Of a DNA stretch of 24,000 nucleotides, positions 11,250-17,388 are shown in pieces. Where the stretch lies: positions 85,063 to 109,062 of the forward strand of contig JAIETE010000004.1 in assembly GCA_019745505.1 (NCBI GenBank), given 5' to 3'. The notes beneath the pieces are model-generated. The model saw only the letters and a list, made by a program, of their open reading frames with translations, had not been told where the DNA came from and did no database searches. Within the stretch, counting starts at the first letter, position 1, and each line of letters begins with the position of its first letter. Position numbers and translations under genes: made by a program. The DNA is from Candidatus Obscuribacterales bacterium. GTDB lineage: Bacteria > Cyanobacteriota > Vampirovibrionia > Obscuribacterales > Obscuribacteraceae.

Positions 11250-11612
11250 TTAGACACTAACTTTCATGGACTTGAGCTCGGAAATTTCCGCGCGCAAGGT
11301 GGCGATTTCTGCTCTCAATTCGTTGATTTCGGTGGTATCGCCCAGAGCGCCCAGTGAAAAGTCGGCTACTTGCCTGCGGATGCGCTCGCGCACTTGGCTT
11401 TCCAATACTTCGGAACGTTGCCATATGTTCTGCGAAACTTCGCTGGCGATCTCTTTGGCACGATCTTTGTATTCATGAACGCGGTCCGAGCCAGTCGATT
11501 TGTATTCGCCTGCTTTTGCCGTCAAGGAGTCCAATGCGTCCTCAACTCTTTCGCGAGCGACCTCGAAGGCGGCTCTGCCCAGGAAAAACAATTTGATCAT
11601 TGGCCGCAACAC
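11250..11612 (-). CDS. Phasin-like (COG3937-type) coiled-coil protein
   Basis: The ORF track begins at a TTG (11627). I prefer GTG at 11612-11610 because GGAGG (11625-11621) lies 8 nt upstream. The N-terminus (KLFFLGRAAFEVARERVEDALDSL) and the C-terminal heptad segment (EINELRAEIATLRAEISELK) resemble PHA-regulator/phasin-type proteins. The function is weakly supported. The stop lies 52 nt upstream of the ABC1 kinase start. Confidence 0.55.
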   Translation of the reverse strand: MLRPMIKLFFLGRAAFEVARERVEDALDSLTAKAGEYKSTGSDRVHEYKDRAKEIASEVSQNIWQRSEVLESQVRERIRRQVADFSLGALGDTTEINELRAEIATLRAEISELKSMKVSV

Positions 11613-11890
11613 GTAACTAACCTCCAAGCTTCAGGACGAGCCCGCTTTGATTGGGATGCCGGGCGACTCGTGAGAGTCTGTAACTTTGCCTCAATTGGTG
11701 CATGACGTCAAATTAGACGACGGTGCCAATGGGTTCGTTAGCCCAGACAAAACTATCGAGAAATTATACACTAGGGGGATCGCATAGATGCTCTATTTGC
11801 TGATTTCGTATAGCGATGCTAACAACTGTTGCAATACGCAGTAATTCGCAATATGTGGGAACCTGAGAGAAAAACTGGCAAAAACGCGCA

Positions 11891-12004
11891 GAACTCGTGA
11901 ATACGGGTAGAACTCGCGAAAGCCGATAGGACTCACGAAAGCCGATAGGACTCGCGAAAGCCGATAGGACTCGCGAAAGCCGATGGAACTCACGAGAGCC
12001 GATA
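11891..12004. repeat. Six head-to-tail 19-bp direct repeats (consensus GGACTCGCGAAAGCCGATA), plus a decayed seventh unit to 12023; non-coding
   Basis: Units start at 11891, 11910, 11929, 11948, 11967 and 11986. AGCCGATAGG recurs at exactly 19-bp spacing. The period is not a multiple of 3. Confidence 0.9.
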
Positions 12005-12068
12005 GAACTGAAAAGGTTGAAAAGTAATCGGACCGCGATAAAAGTTCTTTTGTAGATGGTCATTTACT

Positions 12069-13118
12069 ATGGACACATTCGCGGACTGCGGCAGCAAAAA
12101 CGAAACAAAAACGAAACTTGGGAAGGTGGCAAAAGTGGCACAAACAAAAACGAATGAGCGCACGACTGAGAAAAAGACCCTAGAGGCAAAAACACAACCT
12201 GGTCGCAATGCTCGTCCGGTCTCCCTCATTTATGTTCCTCTGCATCTGGGTGGCACACATCGTGGTGCCAGCATGGGACCGGCGGCTATGAAAGTTGCCG
12301 AGTTGCCCGAGCGTATCAAGAGTCTTGGTTTTGCAGTGGCGGAGGAAATCGATATTGATGTGCCGCACTCTGTTTGCTGGTGGGACAAAGATACCCAAAG
12401 CAAATGCGTGCCTGAGATCCACCAGGTCAGTGAAGCCGTAGCCGATGCTGTTGAAGCGGCTATGAAAGCTGGCAATTTACCGATCACTATCGGCGGAGAC
12501 CATAGTCTCGCTATCGGTAGCATCGCCGGAGCTGCAAGCTATTACAGAAAGCAGAATGAAACTTTTGGTTTGATTTGGTTCGATGCGCACGGCGACATCA
12601 ATACTCCTGATACTACTGCCAGTGGCAATGTTCATGGCATGCCGTTCGCTGTTTCGCTTGGGCTGGGCGATGAAAAACTCGTCAATCTGAAGGGTTTTAG
12701 CCCGAAGGTGCCGGCAAAGAGGTCTGCTCTAATCGGTATTCGCGATGTCGATCCGCCGGAACGTGACATGATCAATCAGACCGGAATCACCCCTTTCACA
12801 ATGAAAGAAATTGATCATCTGGGACTTGGTCGAGTCACCGATATGGCATTGGGTTCTGTCGGCGCGGATGTAGATGGAATCCACGTTTCATTCGATATCG
12901 ATGTGATCGATCCGGATGTCGCTCCGGGTGTCAGTACTGCTTCGCGGGGCGGACTTAGCTATAGAGAAAGCCATTTGGCTCTGGAACTTTTGGCTGAATC
13001 CGATCTGGTGCGCTCAATTGATATAGTTGAGCTCAATCCTGCATTCGATATTCGCAACAAGACAGCTGAGTTGGCTGTAGAACTGATTCTCTCAGCCCTC
13101 GGTAAGAGAATTTTGTAA
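12069..13118 (+). CDS. rocF: Arginase (ureohydrolase family) with a Lys/Thr-rich N-terminal extension
   Basis: 349-aa ORF with ATG at 12069. An alternative start is GTG at 12135, preceded by AAGGTGG. The Mn-site motifs are GGDHSLAIGS, WFDAHGDINTP and SFDIDVIDP. SGNVHGMPFA is arginase-type rather than agmatinase-type. Confidence 0.87.
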   Translation: MDTFADCGSKNETKTKLGKVAKVAQTKTNERTTEKKTLEAKTQPGRNARPVSLIYVPLHLGGTHRGASMGPAAMKVAELPERIKSLGFAVAEEIDIDVPHSVCWWDKDTQSKCVPEIHQVSEAVADAVEAAMKAGNLPITIGGDHSLAIGSIAGAASYYRKQNETFGLIWFDAHGDINTPDTTASGNVHGMPFAVSLGLGDEKLVNLKGFSPKVPAKRSALIGIRDVDPPERDMINQTGITPFTMKEIDHLGLGRVTDMALGSVGADVDGIHVSFDIDVIDPDVAPGVSTASRGGLSYRESHLALELLAESDLVRSIDIVELNPAFDIRNKTAELAVELILSALGKRIL

Positions 13119-13219
13119 TTTCGCTCGGCACTTGGTGAAAGAATTTGCAGTTCTTTTTGCTCTGCGGTCGAAAGCCGCGCGGTTTTGTCGGCGCGGCATA
13201 GGTCGTGAAATTTCGTTTG

Positions 13220-13260
13220 CGCCTTCAGTCTGAAAAAGGTTGATTTTTCGGAATGATTGC
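13220..13260. repeat. 41-nt hairpin element, degenerate copy 1
   Basis: The sequence CGCCTTCAGTCTGAAAAAGGTTGATTTTTCGGAATGATTGC shares its flanks and stem with the copy at 13363-13403. This copy has two stem mismatches. Confidence 0.6.
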
Positions 13261-13362
13261 CGCATCGAAATTTAGGCGCCAGTGAGCCTTTCCGTTGGAC
13301 TGTGGAGCGTTGGCTCTTTAGTACATTGGGAGACATCCTGACCAGTTGGGCGTTTCCGGGCT

Positions 13363-13403
13363 CGCCTTCAGTCCGAAAAATGCAACGTTTTCGGACTGAT
13401 TGC
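13363..13403. repeat. 41-nt hairpin element, copy 2 (perfect 11-bp stem)
   Basis: CAGTCCGAAAA (13369-13379) pairs perfectly with TTTTCGGACTG (13388-13398) across an 8-nt loop. The flanks CGCCTT and ATTGC are conserved with copy 1. Confidence 0.65.
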
Positions 13404-13429
13404 ACGGTTGTATTTTTGATTGCCTACAC

Positions 13430-13495
13430 CCTTTTTCAAGCCGTTCAACAAGCCTTTTCAAACCGTTCACCAGGCCTTTTCAAACCTCAAAAACG
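13430..13495. repeat. Three tandem 22-bp units (GCCTTTTCAAACCGTTCACCAG-like), non-coding
   Basis: TTTTCAA recurs at 13433, 13455 and 13477, a 22-bp spacing. Units 1 and 2 match at about 17 of 22 positions. Confidence 0.7.
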
Positions 13496-13506
13496 AGCTA
13501 AAGCAA

Positions 13507-13532
13507 GACCCGCTGCAGTTTGGCAGCGGGTC
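13507..13532. terminator. Perfect 10-bp GC-rich hairpin; candidate bidirectional terminator between convergent rocF and the PepSY gene
   Basis: The hairpin is GACCCGCTGC-AGTTTG-GCAGCGGGTC. On the + strand it is followed by CTGATTTT. On the - strand it is followed by TTGCTTTAGCTCGTTTTT. Confidence 0.5.
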
Positions 13533-13545
13533 CTGATTTTACAAA

Positions 13546-13635
13546 TGATGCTAAATGCTATTGCTAATGTTATGGCTAATTCTATGGCTATTGCTATGTC
13601 TATGGCTATGGCTATGGCTGTGGCTATAGCTGTGC
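13546..13635. repeat. Imperfect hexanucleotide microsatellite, about 15 units of (A/G)TGGCT or ATTGCT
   Basis: The run reads ATGCTAAATGCTATTGCTAATGTTATGGCTAATTCTATGGCTATTGCTATGTCTATGGCTATGGCTATGGCTGTGGCTATAGCT. It lies just 3' of the PepSY gene stop. Confidence 0.85.
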
Positions 13636-13654
13636 AAGGTAGTCATCCATATCT

Positions 13655-13966
13655 TTAATCATCCATATCTTTGTTGGTCACTTTCATGATGGAGCCATCG
13701 GTGGCATTGATGTGGAAGTTTTTTGCTTCCTTGTCGCCTCTGACGCTGATAGACCAGTAAAGAGTGTGCGGTTTTTTGTGCATTCTTTCCAGGTCGCTGT
13801 CAGTGACTTTACCGGTCAATTGTTTGAGGGCAATAGCTTCTGCATCAGCTCTGCTCAGCTTGGCCGACTGTCCTCTTTTGCCTGTGTCGTCATCTGCGTA
13901 TGCGCAAGTGCCGAACGATGAGCCCATCAAAGCGACTGCGGCTGCCAGCACCAATAACTTTTTCAT
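13655..13966 (-). CDS. Small secreted PepSY-domain protein
   Basis: I chose ATG at 13966-13964 (MKKLLVLAAAVALMGSSFGTCAYA signal peptide) because GAGG lies about 9 nt upstream. The ORF track starts at 14002. The mature part (ADAEAIALKQLTGKVTDSDLE...YWSISVRGD...FHINATDGSIMKV) fits a PepSY fold. Confidence 0.72.
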   Translation of the reverse strand: MKKLLVLAAAVALMGSSFGTCAYADDDTGKRGQSAKLSRADAEAIALKQLTGKVTDSDLERMHKKPHTLYWSISVRGDKEAKNFHINATDGSIMKVTNKDMDD

Positions 13967-14048
13967 TTTCAAAACCTCGTCCAGCGAAATCTGCAAGGGC
14001 AAGATCTTATTACAGCTATCAATTTGAATGGCTTCTTGAAAACTCTAT

Positions 14049-14078
14049 GGGATTTCAATTGATATCAAATGAAATTCC
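14049..14078. promoter_or_regulatory. 30-bp near-perfect palindrome (13 of 15 half-site matches) centred on GATATC; candidate operator
   Basis: The left half-site is GGGATTTCAATTGAT and the right is ATCAAATGAAATTCC. It lies about 85 nt upstream of the PepSY start, in the divergent region shared with lexA. The half-site GGAATTTCA recurs at 14153-14161. Confidence 0.35.
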
Positions 14079-14331
14079 GGGTAATTGGTTTCAAATTTTG
14101 AGACTTCAAGATTTTGGGGCAGGAGCGCTCTTTTGATCGGAATGTTTGGTGAGGAATTTCAGCGCTTGGAAATTTTTACTACCGGATTAAGTTGGGGCTT
14201 GTCACTCTTAAATTTTGGTACTATACTTACGTATGTATCCGGGGACTTCTGTGTTCCCCTGCATTCAATAGGGAACTGCCAACGACTTTTCCCGTTTCTC
14301 AAAAACTGGGGCGGCAATAGAAGGAGAAATT

Positions 14332-14994
14332 ATGGATTTAGACTGCTTGCCGCCACGGCAGCGCGACGTAATCAAGTCGATTGTGGAGCTTACTGAAGAG
14401 AATGGCTATCCGCCAACTCTGGCAGAATTGGCAAAGGCACTCGGTTTGCGCAATCGCATGACGGTCCACCAGCATGTTGCCGCCCTAAAGAAGAAAGGGT
14501 ACGTGCATTGGGAGCCAGGTCTGAATCGATCTTTGCGTGTGGTTTCTCACATGACCACCTCGGTTGGCGGTAGAACCACCGAGACGACCATTGAGTACGA
14601 AGAGTCTTATGATGAGCCTAGAGGTATTCCTCTTGCCGGCACTATTGCAGCCGGTATGCCTATCGATGCGATTGATCCGGGTGAATATCTCGCTATGGAC
14701 AATCAATATGCTGGCTCCGATTGCTTTGCACTGAAAGTGAAAGGCGACTCAATGATCGAAGACGGCATCTGTGATGGCGACTTCGTTATCATCAAGCCCA
14801 ATCCTTCGCCACGCAACGGTGAAATTGTGGTGGCACTCTTGGATGATGGAACAGCAACTCTAAAACGGCTGTTTAAGGAAAAGGGCGGTTATCGATTGCA
14901 ACCAGCCAACAGCCAGCTTTCTCCGATTTTTGTAGATGCAAAAGACGGGCTCACTGTTCAAGGTGTAGTCGTTGCACTATTTCGGAAAATGTAG
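14332..14994 (+). CDS. lexA: LexA SOS repressor (S24 peptidase)
   Basis: 220-aa ORF with ATG at 14332, 5 nt after AAGGAG. It has an N-terminal winged helix (LPPRQRDVIKSIVELTEENGYPPTLAELAKALGL). AG candidates for the cleavage site occur in PLAGTIAAGMP. The catalytic Ser is in KGDSM and the catalytic Lys in ATLKR. Confidence 0.92.
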   Translation: MDLDCLPPRQRDVIKSIVELTEENGYPPTLAELAKALGLRNRMTVHQHVAALKKKGYVHWEPGLNRSLRVVSHMTTSVGGRTTETTIEYEESYDEPRGIPLAGTIAAGMPIDAIDPGEYLAMDNQYAGSDCFALKVKGDSMIEDGICDGDFVIIKPNPSPRNGEIVVALLDDGTATLKRLFKEKGGYRLQPANSQLSPIFVDAKDGLTVQGVVVALFRKM

Positions 14995-15022
14995 TCCTGG
15001 CAGCATAACCAATTGCAACAGT

Positions 15023-15098
15023 AACTGATGGCGGCAGGTATTGATTGCATCAGTCACTGATTGCATCAGTCACTGATGGTGGCAGGTACTGATGGCAT
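15023..15098. repeat. Composite direct/inverted repeat block between convergent lexA and rqcH; possible bidirectional terminator
   Basis: TGATTGCATCAGTCAC is exactly duplicated in tandem (15042-15057 and 15058-15073). It is flanked by ACTGATGG(C/T)GGCAGGTA(T/C)TGAT at 15024 and 15072, with a third ACTGATGG at 15088. CTGATG and CATCAG segments can pair. Confidence 0.6.
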
Positions 15099-15104
15099 CG
15101 GTTA

Positions 15105-17252
15105 CTAATTGCTGAACAACTGTTTCATACACTTCGGCATGGGCGCTGAAGTGTCAACTTCCAGTGTTTTTTCGTTCTCGTAGCGAACTTGGCCTGGCTT
15201 GTCTTTGCCTAGTTTTTTCACATACTTCACTTGTGTGTAAACGACTCGAACTTTCGAGCCGGAGCTTCCGCCTTTTGAAAGGCGAGCCGCGATTTGCGCC
15301 GCTTCTTTCAAAGTGTTCAACGGAGGTTCTTGTTTCGACGCCGGAACGCGCACCAGAACATGCGCTCCGCCAGAGCCAAGAATGTGCAGCCAAATGTCGT
15401 TGGGTTGCGCCAGTTTGCTTAGGAGCTGATCGTTTTCATGTCTATTTCTGCCGACGTAAATAGTCCAGCCATCCGATGAAGTTACGCTCAGCATACGAGG
15501 CTTGCCGGACTTTTTCTTGTCCGCCTGCTGACCACCTTTGTTGATTTGTTGCTGCTGCATAACGGCTGCAGGTTTGCGACCAATAATCAATTCTCTCAGA
15601 GCCCGCAATTCTTCATTTGTTTGGGCTCTTTCAAGTTGCTTCATTTGAGTTTCAACAACAGTCTGTTTTCTTGCTGCTTCGTCGAGCGCCAATTTTGCTG
15701 CCTTCTGGCGGCTTCGGGATTTTGAAAACTGCCGATAAAACCACTGAGCATTTTGTGAGGCGGAAAGGTTTGGGTTCAGTTTGATTTTGATTTTTTGCGA
15801 ATCGCCGGAATATAGATCTTCCACTTCTAATTCAGTTTGACCTGGTTCGATCGAGCCTAGGTTGGCTAATACAAGGTCCCCCGAGCGTTTCATGTCGTTC
15901 AGGTGTTCGTCGTTTTTTACATGCTGCGATGCAACAGAAATCCGAGAATTCAACTTTTCGTCTTCGGATTTCAATTCATTTCTCAGGCGCTCGCGCAGTT
16001 GTTGGAATTGCTCTCTTGCTTCGACAGCAGCATAGTAATCGTCGACCAAATCGTTGACTGCCGGAAAATGTTTCCAAAGTCCATCTTTGCTCTGACCCGT
16101 CGCACCGGCACTGGTATCGACTCGAGCGGTCTGTGCATCTTCCCGATTCTCGATTTCTGTTTCGGTCGCTACCGGCGCAGGCACTTCGGCGCGCAATTCC
16201 GGCATCAATGACAAGACTGAGTATCTGGACAAATCCATCTTCAGCGCGGGCTTGAAGCTGAGGCGTGGTTCGCCGAGCAATTTCACGACCGACCAAAGTT
16301 TTTCCTCACTCTGAGAATCTTTCAGTGCATCACTCACCGGGCTTTTAACTTCTGCCGCAAGCACTAATTCTTCAGATAGATTTCTTCCCAGTCCAGTGTA
16401 CGTATGGATTAACCACTGCTCGACAGTTGCGAATGCCTGCGGACCGGAAACTGTTGGCGGGGTTTTCACACCCGTGCTGCTCTTAACGGTGCTGATGCCG
16501 CTGCCGTTGCCGTTGCCACTGCCGTTGCCACTGCCACTGCCACTGCCGGTACTGCTGCCACTGCCGGTACTGCTGCCACTGCCGCTGCCGGTGCCGCTGC
16601 CACTAGCCTCGGTATTAATGGTTTGCGCAACCGGGCCGGTCGCCGTGCTTTGTTCGAAATTTTGCTTGAGCAATTGCCAATGCGCTGCAAACTCCTCACG
16701 GGAGAGCTTGAATATGTTCGGACGCTCCTGACCGGGCGGACGTTTGTAAGTAAGTCCCGGAGCTACTTCCCGTTGGCGACTCATTTCCTTTGTGACAATG
16801 TGAGAGGCGACCAGGATTTTCTCTTTTGCTTTGTCCCAAAAAATAAGATTGCTGTGACGCCCCATAATTTCGGCCGTCAAAACTTTGTGCGACGCAGTGC
16901 CCACTTCATCCGTAGAGGAGAATACAAAGTCAACAATTCGCTCGCCTGGCAACTGTTCGATATGAACCAGTGTGGCGGATGCAAGAGTTTTTCTGAGCAG
17001 GAGCGCGAAATTCGAGTTGTTCTGCGGAGCCCGGTCGTTTTTAGCGCCCTGCGGTGCTTGTTTTACCAGACAGATTCGACCATAGGTGGCATGCGCGGAA
17101 AGTAGAAGGTGAACCATCCCCGATTTTGAACGCAGAGAGATTAAAAGTTCATCGCGTGCCAATTGAAAAACCCTGTCAACACGCCGGTTGAGCAATAGTG
17201 GCTTGGCTTCGTCTAGCACTGCCCGAATTGTCAGGGCATCGAACGGTTGCAT
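15105..17252 (-). CDS. rqcH: NFACT-family ribosome quality control protein (RqcH / FbpA-like) with an internal Gly-Ser-rich insertion
   Basis: 715-aa ORF with an ATG start. The NFACT-N start is MQPFDALTIRAVLDEAKPLLLNRRVDRVFQ. A central coiled coil is present. The C-terminal NFACT-R/DUF814 motif is DIWLHILGSGGAHVLVR. Confidence 0.87.
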   Translation of the reverse strand: MQPFDALTIRAVLDEAKPLLLNRRVDRVFQLARDELLISLRSKSGMVHLLLSAHATYGRICLVKQAPQGAKNDRAPQNNSNFALLLRKTLASATLVHIEQLPGERIVDFVFSSTDEVGTASHKVLTAEIMGRHSNLIFWDKAKEKILVASHIVTKEMSRQREVAPGLTYKRPPGQERPNIFKLSREEFAAHWQLLKQNFEQSTATGPVAQTINTEASGSGTGSGSGSSTGSGSSTGSGSGSGNGSGNGNGSGISTVKSSTGVKTPPTVSGPQAFATVEQWLIHTYTGLGRNLSEELVLAAEVKSPVSDALKDSQSEEKLWSVVKLLGEPRLSFKPALKMDLSRYSVLSLMPELRAEVPAPVATETEIENREDAQTARVDTSAGATGQSKDGLWKHFPAVNDLVDDYYAAVEAREQFQQLRERLRNELKSEDEKLNSRISVASQHVKNDEHLNDMKRSGDLVLANLGSIEPGQTELEVEDLYSGDSQKIKIKLNPNLSASQNAQWFYRQFSKSRSRQKAAKLALDEAARKQTVVETQMKQLERAQTNEELRALRELIIGRKPAAVMQQQQINKGGQQADKKKSGKPRMLSVTSSDGWTIYVGRNRHENDQLLSKLAQPNDIWLHILGSGGAHVLVRVPASKQEPPLNTLKEAAQIAARLSKGGSSGSKVRVVYTQVKYVKKLGKDKPGQVRYENEKTLEVDTSAPMPKCMKQLFSN
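16494..16606 (-). repeat. Hexanucleotide-period array (GCCRYT units on the + strand) encoding GSGTGSGSGSSTGSGSSTGSGSGSGNGSGNGNGSG in rqcH
   Basis: GCCGCT, GCCGTT, GCCACT and GCCGGT units repeat directly across about 110 bp. Confidence 0.85.
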
Positions 17253-17388
17253 GGCTGTTCGTGTTTAGGTTTAATAGGGGTTCAACTTATAGAGGCTAAT
17301 CTAGCAAAAAAGCGAAGCGCTATTATGAATCCATAGGCTTCCCTTTTTCAAAGATTTCGGGCGATACGACTGACAAAGAGGGCTAACC

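Noticed and set aside
10500-11357. Track ORFs 10500..11357 (+) and 10615..11100 (+), 285 and 161 aa
   Set aside because: They are antisense shadows of the ABC1-kinase 45-bp repeat array, which keeps the frames open (repetitive FLALVFLAKESAES...). They have no independent start signals or homology.
11891-12023. Possible CRISPR array
   Set aside because: The 19-bp units are directly abutting with no spacers. They are too short for CRISPR repeats, and no cas genes are present in the window.
11764-12229. Track ORFs 11764..12063, 11793..11993 and 11990..12229 (-) across the 19-bp array
   Set aside because: The repeat period of 19 bp is incompatible with a coding repeat. The translations are repetitive nonsense (SRVLSAFASPIGFRE...), and the region is a divergent promoter region.
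13174-13197. GC-rich hairpin GCCGCGC-N10-GCGCGGC, 56 nt after the rocF stop, as an intrinsic terminator
   Set aside because: The stem is plausible, but no U-tract follows on either strand. I did not list it as a terminator, although it could still act as a processing or stability element.
13257-13658. 133-aa track ORF (+) and 12959..13405 (-) in the rocF/PepSY intergenic region
   Set aside because: They run through the hairpin elements, the 22-bp repeats, the terminator hairpin and the microsatellite. They have no Shine-Dalgarno or homology. The minus-strand ORF also overlaps the conserved arginase C-terminus.
16396-16731. Track ORF 16396..16731 (+) with a PLPLPLPL run, and 16466..16699 (-) with AAVAAVPAVA
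   Set aside because: They are antisense or off-frame readings of the rqcH Gly-Ser hexamer array inside a well-supported NFACT gene.
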